A DNA stretch of 64,000 nt from Methanoregula sp. (GCA_052325125.1 JBKQWO010000028.1); one strand, 5' to 3'. Positions 37,079 through 47,512 are shown, counted from the first letter of the stretch. Notes: generated from the sequence alone by a model not told the origin. Numbers and translations: made by a program.

Positions 37079-37296
37079 CCAGTCTTTTTGTTTTTAATAT
37101 AACTGCCACGGGAACCTTGTCCGGGTGCAGGAGTTCGCAGAGCATGGAGTGGTCCATGACGCGGGTGTGCGGGCAGGCAGAACTGTCCCGTATGAGCATG
37201 ATCAGATCTCAATCTGATGGTTTTTAGTGCTATCCCGATCCGGCCCCCACCTCGTGACTCATAACTTTATGTAGCCCCGGGCAGACCATTAATCCG

Positions 37297-37974
37297 GTGA
37301 AAACCCCTGTGAAGATTATCGGTATTAACGGGAGCCCCAAAGGAGAAAAGAGCCAGACACGCCGGCTGGTCCTGGCTGTGCTTGAAGGGGCACGGGCAGC
37401 GGGTGCTGATGTGATGTTTGTCGATATCTGCGCCCTGAAGATCCGGTATTGCACGGCGTGTGCAACCTGCTATGCAAAAGGCGAGTGTGTCCATGATGAC
37501 GATATGCCGGCCCTGTACGAGAAACTGCTCGATGCCGATGGTATCGTGCTCGGCTCGCCGGTGTATATCAATTCGGTCACAGCGCAGCTCAAGACCATGC
37601 TCGACCGGATGGCAGACAGCGTCCACTGCCTGCACTTTACCGGGAAGTACGGCTGCGCGGTTTCCACTGCAGGCGGAGCGATGGCGGATGAGACTGCAGA
37701 CTACATGAACTCAGCAATGCGGATGCTTGGAGCAACAACGGTTGGCACCGTGGGAGTCAACTTCATGGGAAACCCCGACCTGATTGTTCCGGCCGGGAAG
37801 AAGGCAAAGGATCTGGGCAGGAAACTGGCCGAAGCCATCCGGACTGAGTGGAAGGATCCGGCCCAGCAGGCATATTATGCAGACAGGAAAGCCCGCATGA
37901 AGCAGCTCGTGCTTGCAAACAAGGACGTGTGGACGCACGAGTTCGATCACTGGAAGGCGATGGGCTGGATCTGA
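37297..37974 (+). CDS. isf: iron-sulfur flavoprotein (NADPH-dependent FMN reductase/flavodoxin-like fold)
   Basis: 225 aa with a GTG start. It has IIGINGSPKGEKSQT, the compact cluster motif CTACATCYAKGEC (Cx2Cx2Cx5C) and LGSPVYINSVTAQLK. Confidence 0.75.
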   Translation: MKTPVKIIGINGSPKGEKSQTRRLVLAVLEGARAAGADVMFVDICALKIRYCTACATCYAKGECVHDDDMPALYEKLLDADGIVLGSPVYINSVTAQLKTMLDRMADSVHCLHFTGKYGCAVSTAGGAMADETADYMNSAMRMLGATTVGTVGVNFMGNPDLIVPAGKKAKDLGRKLAEAIRTEWKDPAQQAYYADRKARMKQLVLANKDVWTHEFDHWKAMGWI

Positions 37975-38035
37975 TATTTTCTTTTTTTATGGTATCAATA
38001 AAAATCCGGCAGGAGGAAAAAGGAAAAATTGCGAT

Positions 38036-39223
38036 TTATGGGGGATTTCGCTTCTTGATCATTTCCAGTGCTTCGAACGCTTCGCGTCTCACGGAGACAT
38101 TCTCATCAGATAAAAGGCCGGTCAGGTGGTCGGCAGCTTTCTGGTCGCCGATTTCCCCGAGAAGAAGGGCCGCCCGTTTCCTCACGTCACTCTGATCGTC
38201 CTTGAGCACCATGATGAGCGGTGTTGTTGCCGGCTGGCCAAGCATCCAGAGCGCTTCCATTGCTCCCGTTCTTGTACGGACATCCCCGTCACGGAAGACC
38301 TGCATAAGCGGGGCAATTGCAGGCACGCCAAGCGCTGCCAGTGCCTTGACTACCTCTATCCGGACTATCCGATCGGGGTCCGCAAGCGTCTCAATGAGTG
38401 AGGGAATGGCCTTCGTATTCCCTATCTGGCCCAGCACCGCCGCGGCCTCCCTGCGGATGCCCGGGTTCTGGCTGGTCAGGGAAGCGATAAGCGGCTCGAC
38501 CGATGCCTCGCCAATGGTGACAAGCGCCAGTGAAGCACGGCGGGAAATATCCTCGTTTTTATCGACAAGGGCCTGGATAAGGGAAGGGATCGATGCCTGC
38601 CCCAGCGAGCAGAGTGTTGCCATCGCCGCCATCCGCACATGCTCCAGAGGATCGTTAAGACTCTCGATCAAGGGTGCTACCGCACGCTGGTCGCAAATCC
38701 TGCCCAAAGCGACGGCGGCTTCATGGCGGACCCATGGGTCGGCATCTTTAAGCGCTTCAATGATGTTGGGCACTGCATGATCCACTCCCATGACGCCGAG
38801 AGCCTGCACGGCTCCCCGGCGGATGAACGGATGGTTGTGCTTGAGCGACTGGATAAGCGGATTGACTGCAGGTTCGCTGATGAGCTGGAGTGCCCGGATG
38901 GTCTCCTGCCGGACATCCTCGCCCGGATCGGAAAGCGCCCCGATCAGCGGTACCACCGCAGGTGAACCTATCTTACCCAGAGTGTCCGCGGAGCCCCTTC
39001 TTATGATCCAGAATTCGTCTTTAAGTCCGTTGATAAGCGGCTCGATAAATGGTTCCCCGAGGTCGCCGACCGAACGGACTGCATTCCAGCGGGTGTCAAG
39101 ATCACCGCTGGTGAGCGCCTTGAGGAAATTTTCGTAGCGTTCCCGCTGGGCGCGCAGTCGTGCTTCTTCCTCCTCGCGGCTTCCGGACTTGAATATGTTA
39201 AGAATTTTTTTTATGATCGCCAT
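38036..39223 (-). CDS. HEAT-repeat protein (PBS-lyase HEAT-like repeats)
   Basis: 395 aa made of about 11 tandem ~31-aa repeats of the form D.d..VR..Aa.aLG.ig...AvpaLi.aL. Confidence 0.8.
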   Translation of the reverse strand: MAIIKKILNIFKSGSREEEEARLRAQRERYENFLKALTSGDLDTRWNAVRSVGDLGEPFIEPLINGLKDEFWIIRRGSADTLGKIGSPAVVPLIGALSDPGEDVRQETIRALQLISEPAVNPLIQSLKHNHPFIRRGAVQALGVMGVDHAVPNIIEALKDADPWVRHEAAVALGRICDQRAVAPLIESLNDPLEHVRMAAMATLCSLGQASIPSLIQALVDKNEDISRRASLALVTIGEASVEPLIASLTSQNPGIRREAAAVLGQIGNTKAIPSLIETLADPDRIVRIEVVKALAALGVPAIAPLMQVFRDGDVRTRTGAMEALWMLGQPATTPLIMVLKDDQSDVRKRAALLLGEIGDQKAADHLTGLLSDENVSVRREAFEALEMIKKRNPP

Positions 39224-39414
39224 GGATTATCTCCCACGGGTTCAGTGTTTGTATAAAATCCTTCAAATAGGTATCGCATGCCCATTTTAAAGCCAGATCT
39301 CCCGAACCGGGTAAAAATACCCAAGTGAAACCTCGTTTACACGATTTTTGTAAATTTTTTTACGATCAAAAGCAGAAGATTTTTTTTTATAATCCCTGCG
39401 ATGCACATTAACCG

Positions 39415-40356
39415 CTATCCACCGGTCAGCGAGATTAGCACTGAAGCAGATGCCGTGTTCTGAGCATCAGTGACAAACATAGTATAGGAGCCGGCAGGTT
39501 TTGACGGATCGAACGTATATTTATACGACCAGGTATTGTCCGCATTCAAAGGCAGGGTCGCGACACTCGCACCATTGGTATATTGTTGAGGCCCGTATAA
39601 TGTCAGGCTGACACTTGTCGCGCCGGTTGTACACATCCCGGAAAACGTTACCGTGCCTCCCGGGTTTACTACAGGTGTGCTTGCAACGATGCTGACCGTC
39701 CCACCACCGACGACGGAGAATGTCGCTGTAGCTGAGGTTATTTTCTGCTGGTCGTACGCGATCATGGTATACGCCCCGGAGATCACTTTATACCCGGGGT
39801 TCCACGTGTAATTCCATGCATTCATCGCGCGGACCGGCACCTGGGCCACTTGTACGCCGTTTGTGTAGGCACCCGGCCCATAGAGCACCAGCAGGACAGA
39901 ATTGCTTCCCGTACAGGTTCCGGAGAAGGCCTGTGAACCGCCAATGACGAGAAGGGTCTGGCTTTCCAGGATCGTCACGGTCGGCTGGGATACCGGGGCG
40001 GTTGTCGCGGATGCCTGTCCCTGTGAGGTTGTTCCCCCCGGGCTTTGGGCAGGCTGGACTGTCTGGGAGGCAAGTGGCGTCAGCGCGGCATAATATGTCG
40101 ATGTTGCTGTTGAAACGGTGATATTTGCAGACCAGCTCTGGTAGCCGGGATCGCGGAATTCCAGCGTATGTGCCCCCACTGCTATCCCCGAGAGGGTACT
40201 TGGCGTGGTCCCCTGGTACTGGTTGTCGAGATATATCTGGGCACCTTCCGGCGAGGTTGAAAACTGGAGTGTGCCTTTACCGGATGTCTGGCCCGATGTG
40301 CACCCGGCGATGAGGATGCAGACAATTAACGCTGAAATAATGAGAATCCGCTTCAT
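39415..40356 (-). CDS. secreted/lipid-anchored PEGA-domain surface protein
   Basis: 313 aa with a signal peptide and lipobox-like LIAGC, a PEGA-like block (STSPEGAQIYLDNQYQGTTPSTLSGIAVGAHTLEF) and two similar Thr/Ser-rich Ig-like repeats. Confidence 0.7.
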   Translation of the reverse strand: MKRILIISALIVCILIAGCTSGQTSGKGTLQFSTSPEGAQIYLDNQYQGTTPSTLSGIAVGAHTLEFRDPGYQSWSANITVSTATSTYYAALTPLASQTVQPAQSPGGTTSQGQASATTAPVSQPTVTILESQTLLVIGGSQAFSGTCTGSNSVLLVLYGPGAYTNGVQVAQVPVRAMNAWNYTWNPGYKVISGAYTMIAYDQQKITSATATFSVVGGGTVSIVASTPVVNPGGTVTFSGMCTTGATSVSLTLYGPQQYTNGASVATLPLNADNTWSYKYTFDPSKPAGSYTMFVTDAQNTASASVLISLTGG

Positions 40357-40476
40357 TCCGTCTCCCTTATAGTGGAGAGGTTATCATGATTATCAATTAA
40401 AATACTTGTGCAATGGTTTTTGGCCGGGATGACGGGTGGATGCGGGTGATTTTTGAAAAAATTTTCAGAAGAACGA

Positions 40477-41379
40477 TCAGCTCTTTTGTGCCAGGTGCAG
40501 GATTTTATCCGCAAGTTCGATACTTTTTTCTTCCCCGGTCATCAGCGTATCCAGACGGATCGCGCCGTCCACCTCAACGGGATCACGGATATCATGGATA
40601 AAAAGGTCGACAAGGTCCTTGTAGCACGCCGCAGTGCCTGCTGAGGTCGCTTCAAAGCCCGAGGCTTTCATCAGGGCCGCAGCGGGACCGCTCACCGGGG
40701 CGTCCCCGATAAACGGACTTACGGCAATGACAAATTTGTCCATGAGTGCGTCTTTGATCCCCCTGCATTCAAGGATGGGCGTGATACTTGTAATAGGATT
40801 TGAAGGCCCGATAATCACGGTCCTGCTTGCTTCAAGCGCCTGCAATACCTCTTCTGAACTTGCCGGGGGCTCCTTTGAGCAGCGGACGATGTCCTGGATC
40901 GGGATATTGCCCTTGCCCCGCACCCAGTATTCCTGGTAGTGTATGAGCCCCAATTCCGTTTTTACCCGGGTAGTAACTTCGGTATCCGACATCGGAAGGA
41001 CATTCTCCCGTACACCGAAACGATCGCAGAGGTTTTTGGTAATATTGGTCAGCCTCATGCCGTCACGGAGCATATCCCCCCGCACGATATGCACCGCCCG
41101 GTCCCGGTCCCCGATCCTGATAAACTCCTCAAGGCCCATCCGGGTGATCTCCTCGTGGGTGGTAAACGTGTCGTTCCTGATCCCCCACCAGGTGTCGGTG
41201 TTAAGCACACCGGCAAAGAGATACATAACGGTATCAAGATCCGGCGATATGTGGTTACCGGAGATCCAGATGTCCTCGGCAGTGTTTACCACCACCGAGA
41301 TCTCGTGCCTGTCCATCACTTTCTGCATCCCGCGCAGCAGCTTCGGGGTGCCGGTCCCGCCAGAAAGGAACGTAATCAT
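40477..41379 (-). CDS. cofD: 2-phospho-L-lactate transferase (F420 biosynthesis)
   Basis: 300 aa with [17 protein letters not shown] and CofD family blocks along the whole length. Confidence 0.85.
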   Translation of the reverse strand: MITFLSGGTGTPKLLRGMQKVMDRHEISVVVNTAEDIWISGNHISPDLDTVMYLFAGVLNTDTWWGIRNDTFTTHEEITRMGLEEFIRIGDRDRAVHIVRGDMLRDGMRLTNITKNLCDRFGVRENVLPMSDTEVTTRVKTELGLIHYQEYWVRGKGNIPIQDIVRCSKEPPASSEEVLQALEASRTVIIGPSNPITSITPILECRGIKDALMDKFVIAVSPFIGDAPVSGPAAALMKASGFEATSAGTAACYKDLVDLFIHDIRDPVEVDGAIRLDTLMTGEEKSIELADKILHLAQKS

Positions 41380-41418
41380 TACTCAATACTTTTATGCGAT
41401 GTATATGAAGATTCTTTA

Positions 41419-42624
41419 GTGAATCCCAAGATCATCAAGGATCCTGTCCATGGCTATGTGGAAGTGGATGAGGAGATCCTGCCGCTCCTTGACTCTCCAG
41501 CGGTTCAGCGGCTGCGGTACATCCGCCAGCTTGGATTCTCCTACCTGGTGTATCCCGGTGCTAACCACACTCGTTTTGAACATTCGGTAGGAACGATGCA
41601 TCTGGCCGGTGTCGCCTGCCGGCAGTTCGGGCTCTGCACGGAAGACCGGCAGCTGGTGCTGGTCGCGGCTCTCCTCCATGACGTGGGTCACGGCCCGTTT
41701 TCCCATGCAAGCGAACCGCTGATGGAAGCCCGGCTCGGCCGAACCCACGATGATATCGCGGAGATCGTAACTGCGCAGTTCGGCACGCAGCTGGATATGC
41801 TGGGAATTAATACATCCGATCTGTGCGCAATTGTGAAAGGAAGCCATCGTCTCTCGGGAATCATCCACGGCGATCTCGATGTAGACCGGATGGATTACCT
41901 GCTCCGCGATGCGTACTATACCGGGGCACCGTACGGCACGGTCGATGCACATCGCCTGATCAGGAACATCCACCTGACACCGGAGGGGATCGTTCTTGAC
42001 GAGAACGGCATCAATGCAGCAGAATCGCTGCTCATCGCAAGGACCCTGATGCGCCCGACTGTCTACTTCCACCATGTGAGCCGGATCGGTGAATGCATGT
42101 TCCAGGTTGCAATGCTTGATCATCTGGCTACCGATCCGGCCGGCGGTCTTGAGCGGATCTGTACGCTCGATGATGCGGAATGCCTGCACGAGCTCAAACA
42201 CTCAAAAAGCCCCGTTACCTGTGAGATAGCCGACCGGCTTTACAGCCGGCGGCTCTACAAGCGGGCCGTTTATGCCGGGCAGGACCAGATCAATGTGGCG
42301 GTGTTTCAGTCCGGCTGGTCGGTTGAACAGTCACGGCAGGTTGCAGAGGATATTGCCGGAATGGCAGGGTGCCGGGCGACCGATGTGCTTGTTGATATTC
42401 CTCCGGTGCCCGGGGATATGTCCCTGGAAGTTCAGGTAAAAAACCGGCATGCCATTGTGGGTTTTGCCGAGTTATCCCCCCGGCTCCGGACCCTCAACCA
42501 GACCCGGCGCGAGCAGTGGCGGTTAGGTGTGTACACCCTTCCGGCGCACCGCGATGCGGTTGCCGATGCAGCGGCCGAAATACTGCATATAAAAAAGCCT
42601 ACCCGGCAGGATACCCTTTTCTGA
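41419..42624 (+). CDS. HD-domain phosphohydrolase (SAMHD1/dNTPase-like family, COG1078-type)
   Basis: The ORF track gives 40939..42624, but the first 480 nt are antisense to cofD. The likely start is GTG at 41419 (VNPKIIKDPVHGYVEV). HD motifs are RFEHSVGTMHLA, LLHDVGHGPFSH and DVDRMDYLLRD. Confidence 0.75.
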   Translation: MNPKIIKDPVHGYVEVDEEILPLLDSPAVQRLRYIRQLGFSYLVYPGANHTRFEHSVGTMHLAGVACRQFGLCTEDRQLVLVAALLHDVGHGPFSHASEPLMEARLGRTHDDIAEIVTAQFGTQLDMLGINTSDLCAIVKGSHRLSGIIHGDLDVDRMDYLLRDAYYTGAPYGTVDAHRLIRNIHLTPEGIVLDENGINAAESLLIARTLMRPTVYFHHVSRIGECMFQVAMLDHLATDPAGGLERICTLDDAECLHELKHSKSPVTCEIADRLYSRRLYKRAVYAGQDQINVAVFQSGWSVEQSRQVAEDIAGMAGCRATDVLVDIPPVPGDMSLEVQVKNRHAIVGFAELSPRLRTLNQTRREQWRLGVYTLPAHRDAVADAAAEILHIKKPTRQDTLF

Positions 42625-42715
42625 TCACCTCCTCTCGGTGCCTGACGGAGGGTCCTGTCAAATCCTTTTGCAAAACAAGAAACTCTAATACCCGGCATTT
42701 CCAACACTTTCCGTT

Positions 42716-43201
42716 ATGAAAATATACCTGGTCTCTGGCATGTTTCTTGTCATCATGGGCGTTATGGTTGCAGGGTGCACGACCGGCAGCCCGGGCGGGC
42801 AGAGCATGCCGGTAACCCCGGTACCGTCTGTCCGGGTTGAAGAGACAACAGCGGCCTTAACCGCAACTCAGCCTACCTTTGCCCTCGGGGATCACTACCT
42901 CCAGAAAACCTATAATTTTCAGAATGAGAGCGATACTGTTACCGAGCAGGTACGGATTGACAATCAGTCGTGGGGTATCGGGTTTAACATTACCGCACTC
43001 AGCAAAGATCCCAAGTCTTGCTGGTTCGAAATGACCGTGACCAGTATTGATTCCCGGAAGAACCAGACATTCGGCTATGGCCGGACATATCCTTATGATA
43101 CCCTCCAACAATATCCGATGTACAATCCCGGTCTCTACAAAATTGAGATGACGGGAAACCTTGTCAATGTGAAACTGGATGTGGCAAAAAGGCTCCCCTG
43201 A
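42716..43201 (+). CDS. hypothetical lipoprotein-like protein
   Basis: 161 aa with a signal peptide ending in a lipobox-like VAGC. No family was recognised. Confidence 0.6.
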   Translation: MKIYLVSGMFLVIMGVMVAGCTTGSPGGQSMPVTPVPSVRVEETTAALTATQPTFALGDHYLQKTYNFQNESDTVTEQVRIDNQSWGIGFNITALSKDPKSCWFEMTVTSIDSRKNQTFGYGRTYPYDTLQQYPMYNPGLYKIEMTGNLVNVKLDVAKRLP

Positions 43202-43212
43202 GGTGAAGTGAA

Positions 43213-43665
43213 ATGGTTGATAGTAGCGGCGACTTGTTTGTTATTACTGGCGGTGTAGTCATCGTCATTGTCGTACTGGTGGTATCCTTTCTCAAGCTCC
43301 GTACTGCGGAACGCAGGATGCATGAAAGCAGCTACAAACTTAAGGCTTATACGGATCTGTTGAATGCCGTGACCGAGATCAACCTTTCCGGTGGGGACAG
43401 CTACAAGATGGATATCGCGAAAAAGAACCTGGCACTCACGCTCAACCGGCTCAACCTGATCGCAAGTTCCGGCGTGCTCAAAAGCGTCAATGACCTTCTT
43501 GACTTCCTCAACGAGCACAAGGAAAAGGACTTTGATACCCTCCGGCTCCATAATATCCTTAATACCCTCGTTATTGAAGCCCGGCGGGATCTCAATCCAT
43601 CACATGCCCGCAGGGTAGAGGAGTCCCGGGTACGGTACCGCTTCTTTGCGCCGGTGCGGAAGTAA
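43213..43665 (+). CDS. hypothetical membrane-anchored helical protein
   Basis: 150 aa with an N-terminal TM (VITGGVVIVIVVLVVSF) followed by predicted helices. No family was recognised. Confidence 0.55.
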   Translation: MVDSSGDLFVITGGVVIVIVVLVVSFLKLRTAERRMHESSYKLKAYTDLLNAVTEINLSGGDSYKMDIAKKNLALTLNRLNLIASSGVLKSVNDLLDFLNEHKEKDFDTLRLHNILNTLVIEARRDLNPSHARRVEESRVRYRFFAPVRK

Positions 43666-43762
43666 ATTCACCTTTTTTTCGGATTTTCTCCAGCCATTTT
43701 GGCATAAACACTTTTTACTTCAGGCTCCGACATTGGTATCACAGGAGAGCCCGGAGGAACAT

Positions 43763-44317
43763 ATGAAAAAAGAATACGTGGTCGCGGTGACCGGTGCAAG
43801 CGGGATCTGCTATGCCCGGCGCCTGCTCGAGGTATTGTGCCGGGATGCCCGTGTGCATCTCATCATCTCTGATGTTGCGCAGGAGCTGGCGCATCATGAG
43901 GGGGTTGACCTTTCAGGTTTTGATGCAACATACCACGATATCGGTGCGATCAGCGCGGAGATTGCCAGCGGATCGCACCGGCACGACGGGATGGTCATTA
44001 TACCCTGCAGCGCAAAGACCCTTGCAGCGCTTGCATCCGGCTACGCGGATAACCTGATCACGCGAACCGCGGATGTCTGCCTGAAGGAGCGCCGGAAATG
44101 CATCCTTGTCACCCGTGAGATGCCACTCTCAAAGATTCACCTGACAAACATGCTTGCGGCGCACGAAGCCGGGGCGACCATCATGCCCGCATGCCCGGGG
44201 TTCTATAACCACCCGGAAAAGATTGACGATCTCGTGGACATGGTGGTGGCCCGGGTGCTCGACCACCTCGGGGTCGATCATACGCTCGCCCGGCGCTGGA
44301 GTGGTTACGATGCGTGA
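43763..44317 (+). CDS. ubiX: flavin prenyltransferase UbiX (prenyl-FMN synthase)
   Basis: ORF 43646..44317 trimmed to the ATG at 43763, which follows ggagg. It has MKKEYVVAVTGASGICYARRLLEVL, IIPCSAKTLAA and REMPLS motifs. Confidence 0.85.
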   Translation: MKKEYVVAVTGASGICYARRLLEVLCRDARVHLIISDVAQELAHHEGVDLSGFDATYHDIGAISAEIASGSHRHDGMVIIPCSAKTLAALASGYADNLITRTADVCLKERRKCILVTREMPLSKIHLTNMLAAHEAGATIMPACPGFYNHPEKIDDLVDMVVARVLDHLGVDHTLARRWSGYDA

Positions 44318-45548
44318 ATTTATTGAAAAGATGCGAAAAGAGGGTTTTGTCATCGATGTGGACGAGCCGTGCTCCCCGGGTATGCAGGCGGCAAAGCTGG
44401 CGGCTTCCACGGACAGGATCCTGTTCTTCCACAACATGGACGGCGCACGGGCGGTCATGAACCTGACTGCAAACCGCCACGCGCTTTCACGGGCGCTTGG
44501 CATCGATGAGAGAGAACTGGTAAAAAAACTTGCAGATCCAGCCTTTGACGGGAAGATCGTAAACGAAGGGAAATTCGTGATGAAAAAGCCGGATCTCTCC
44601 TGTATCCCGGTCATGCATTTTTTCCCGAAAGATGCAGGGAAATACTTTACCGCCGGCATTGTATTCTCGAAATGGGACGGGGTGGAGAATGCGTCCATCC
44701 ACCGCATGCTGGTCCTTGACGACACCAGAGTTGCCGCCCGGCTCGTGGAAGGACGGCACACCCATGTGATGCTCAAAAAAGCCCTGGCCTGCGGGGAGCG
44801 CCTGCCTGTTGCTATAGTCATAGGGGCGCACCCGGCAGTGATTTTTGCCAGCTGTACCCGTGTCCCGGCCGGCAAAGAACTGGCGTACGCGGCAGAGCTG
44901 CTGGGCGGGAAGATCCGGGTCAGGGAGTGCAGCAACGGCGTGCTCGCCCCTGCCGACGCAGAGATTGTCCTTGAAGGATACATTGGCGCCGATGTCACCG
45001 ATGAGGGCCCGTTTGTCGACATTACGGGTACCTACGATCCGGTGCGACTCCAGCCGGTGATCGAGTTCACCGGTATGTATACAAAACCGGATTTCATCTA
45101 CCACAGCATCCTGCCCGGGGGAGACGAGCACAAGATCCTGATGGGTTGCCCCTATGAGCCCAAGATCTATCGCGCGGTTGCCGGTGTGACCGAAGTGAAA
45201 AATGTCGTGCTCACCAAGGGTGGCTGCGGGTATCTCCACGCGGTGATCCAGATCAAAAAGAGCACGCAGGGGGACGGGAAAAATGCGATCATGGCGGCAT
45301 TTGCCGCCCATACATCGCTCAAGCATGTAGTGGTCGTGGACGAAGACATCGATCCGTCAGATCCGTACGATGTCGAGTATGCGGTCGCGACCCGGGTGAG
45401 CGGCGACCGGGACGTTATGGTGATCACCGGGGTCCGGGGATCTTCGCTTGATCCCTGCCAGAAAGAGGATGGCACGAATGTCAAAATCGGGGTCGACGCG
45501 ACCATGGTGCTGGGGCATGAGGACGGGTTCCGGCGTGCCACATGGTGA
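44310..45548 (+). CDS. UbiD-family decarboxylase (candidate anhydromevalonate phosphate decarboxylase)
   Basis: ORF 44154..45548 trimmed to the ATG at 44310 (MREFIEKMRKEGFV), giving 412 aa. It has UbiD family blocks (NASIHRM, EGRHTH). The specific function is inferred from context with ubiX and aconitase X. Confidence 0.75.
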   Translation: MREFIEKMRKEGFVIDVDEPCSPGMQAAKLAASTDRILFFHNMDGARAVMNLTANRHALSRALGIDERELVKKLADPAFDGKIVNEGKFVMKKPDLSCIPVMHFFPKDAGKYFTAGIVFSKWDGVENASIHRMLVLDDTRVAARLVEGRHTHVMLKKALACGERLPVAIVIGAHPAVIFASCTRVPAGKELAYAAELLGGKIRVRECSNGVLAPADAEIVLEGYIGADVTDEGPFVDITGTYDPVRLQPVIEFTGMYTKPDFIYHSILPGGDEHKILMGCPYEPKIYRAVAGVTEVKNVVLTKGGCGYLHAVIQIKKSTQGDGKNAIMAAFAAHTSLKHVVVVDEDIDPSDPYDVEYAVATRVSGDRDVMVITGVRGSSLDPCQKEDGTNVKIGVDATMVLGHEDGFRRATW

Positions 45549-46717
45549 CCGGCATGCAGCTTGAGCCGGAAGACGAGCGGATCCTTGCCGGCGAAGAGGG
45601 CGAGACCCGGCAGAAGATGCTCGAACTCCTCGTTGCACTCGGGAAAGTGTTTGGCGCAGAACGGCTGGTCGAAATCAAAAGTGCGCAGGTAAGCGGGGCG
45701 TCCTATAAGACGATCGGAAAATACGGTCTCGAATGGCTTACGAGTCTCGATGCAAAGGCGGTCGTTCCCGCTATCCTCAACCCGATCGGCATGCCCCGGG
45801 GCCGGTGGGAAGAGATGGGGATCGATCCGGACTTTGCAGAAAAACAGCAGGCTGTCGTCGCCGCATACGAACGGCTGGGCATCAGGCTTGACTGCACCTG
45901 CACTCCCTACTACCTGTACGAGACCCGGTACGGCGATCACCTTGCATGGTCGGAATCGTCCGCGGTCAGCTATGCAAATTCAGTCCTTGGTGCCCGCACC
46001 AACCGCGAGGGCGGCCCGAGTGCTCTTGCCGCAGCTCTCGTGGGAAAAACTCCCTGCTATGGCCTGCATCTGGCAAAGAACCGCGTGCCGCAGATGGTGA
46101 TCGATGTCCATGCCGACACCTCCGGCTGGGGTATCGCCGAATACGGCGCCCTCGGGTTTTACGCAGGCAAACTCGCAGGCAACCGGATCCCGTACTTCAG
46201 GAGTATCCGGCCGGAGCCCGACCAGCTCAAGGCGATCGGCGCTGCGATGGCGGCAACCGGGGCGGTTGCGCTCTACCATGTCGAGGGAACGACTCCTGAG
46301 GCGCAGAAAAACCGGTTCGATCTTTCCGGACTTGATACCGTCCCGGTCGAACAGGCCGAGATCGCGGGCCTGTTTTCAGATATCCCGGTGGACGCCGTGG
46401 CGGTCGGCTGCCCGCACTGCTCTCCCGCGGAACTTGCAGAGATCGCCCGGCTCCTCACCGGGAAAGTCGTGACAAAACCCTTCTACGTCTTTGCAGCGCA
46501 GGGCGTGATCGACCGGAACGCGAGAGTGGTCGATTCCATTGAAAAGAGCGGGGCCCGGGTCTTTGCCGACACCTGCATGGTCGTCTCGCCGGCAATGGAG
46601 CAGTACCGTTCGATCATGGTAAACTCCGGCAAAGCCCTTGCCTACGTACCCAATATGTGCGGCGGACATGCACGGATCGGGACGATCGCCGATTGTATCC
46701 GGGTCGCAACAGAATAA
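45542..46717 (+). CDS. aconitase X catalytic (large) subunit, DUF521 family (candidate phosphomevalonate dehydratase large subunit)
   Basis: 391 aa with AWSESSAVSYANSVLGARTNREGGPSALAAALVGKTPCYGLHL, typical of DUF521/AcnX. It overlaps the UbiD-like stop by 7 nt. Confidence 0.8.
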   Translation: MVTGMQLEPEDERILAGEEGETRQKMLELLVALGKVFGAERLVEIKSAQVSGASYKTIGKYGLEWLTSLDAKAVVPAILNPIGMPRGRWEEMGIDPDFAEKQQAVVAAYERLGIRLDCTCTPYYLYETRYGDHLAWSESSAVSYANSVLGARTNREGGPSALAAALVGKTPCYGLHLAKNRVPQMVIDVHADTSGWGIAEYGALGFYAGKLAGNRIPYFRSIRPEPDQLKAIGAAMAATGAVALYHVEGTTPEAQKNRFDLSGLDTVPVEQAEIAGLFSDIPVDAVAVGCPHCSPAELAEIARLLTGKVVTKPFYVFAAQGVIDRNARVVDSIEKSGARVFADTCMVVSPAMEQYRSIMVNSGKALAYVPNMCGGHARIGTIADCIRVATE

Positions 46718-46735
46718 CCTCCCGGGTCCCTGCCG

Positions 46736-46993
46736 TTAGAAAAGCAGACTGCTGGTGATCTCCCTCACCCAATCCTTCCGGTCTGCCCAGCTCTCCCAGA
46801 CCGCCACCATCCACCGATGGATCATACTCTCCCTTTCTGCCCCGGTTTTTGTCTGGAGGATCTCCCTCACGGTCAGGTCTGCCGGGTGCACGGGTGGCTC
46901 CAGCCGGGGCCAGTCTTTTCTGGCTTTTGCAATCCTCGTATGCGCCCGCTGTACCTGCCTGCCGGTGTGCCCTTTTTCCAATGCCAGGTACAT
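46736..46993 (-). CDS. hypothetical small Trp-rich protein (possible truncated relative of the two ORFs at 47183 and 47694)
   Basis: ORF 46736..47092 trimmed to the ATG at 46993 (MYLALEKGHTGRQVQRAHTRIAKARKDWPRLE...). It shares GR..., DWP.L, REIL and W-x7-W elements with the neighbours, but only if indels are allowed. Confidence 0.35.
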   Translation of the reverse strand: MYLALEKGHTGRQVQRAHTRIAKARKDWPRLEPPVHPADLTVREILQTKTGAERESMIHRWMVAVWESWADRKDWVREITSSLLF

Positions 46994-47182
46994 CCCGATC
47001 AGAAACCGAAAGCGACTGCACTGTTTTTTGCCAGCCCGGCGGCTCGCAGCAGCGATCCGGCATTCCGGATTGCAGCCGGGGCATACGCTCATAACTCCTC
47101 ATATATCATACAACATCGCCACAAAAAATGCATCCTCCTTCCCGTTCCGGTATAACCGGAACCCGGGTAAAAAGAAAAAAAT

Positions 47183-47512
47183 TCAGGAGATCCCCAGCAG
47201 GATCTTTTTAATCTCTTCAACCGCTTCCGGTGTTGGGTTGCGTCTCGGCCTGACCCCTTCCCCGTACGAAAGGATCTGCCGGACATCACTCATCTTTATG
47301 CTGGCAAAGGGAATCTTATCCCACCTGTCCTGGTCGATGACATTCCAGGTGCACTGCAGCAGATGGGACAGGAGGCGGATATCCTCCTCGGAGAACGACT
47401 TCCACTCAGGCCCTGTCCCCTGCTGCATATGCTTGATTGCACGTTCGACTTTCTTTTCACGGTGGACATGGTACAGGCGCCGTCCCACCTCGGACTGGGT
47501 TGCTTCCGGCAT
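47183..47512 (-). CDS. hypothetical small protein, paralog of 47694..48035
   Basis: This is the C-terminal 109 aa of ORF 47183..47923, starting at the ATG at 47512 (MPEATQSEVGRRLYHVHREKKVERAIKHM...). An ungapped hand alignment with the divergent neighbour gives 24 identities in 105 positions, including three invariant Trp. Confidence 0.55.
   Translation of the reverse strand: MPEATQSEVGRRLYHVHREKKVERAIKHMQQGTGPEWKSFSEEDIRLLSHLLQCTWNVIDQDRWDKIPFASIKMSDVRQILSYGEGVRPRRNPTPEAVEEIKKILLGIS

Noticed and set aside
40939-41418. N-terminal 160 codons of the 561-aa ORF 40939..42624
   Set aside because: This part is antisense to cofD (40477..41379) and has no HD-family similarity. The conserved protein begins at KDPVHGYVEV, so I used the GTG at 41419. 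Similar upstream extensions were trimmed for MNT (8100), tfrB (11246), the PUA protein (20987), Sm (20781), the methyltransferase (23259), ubiX (43646), UbiD-like (44154), atpE (48393), atpC (48988) and atpH (57211).
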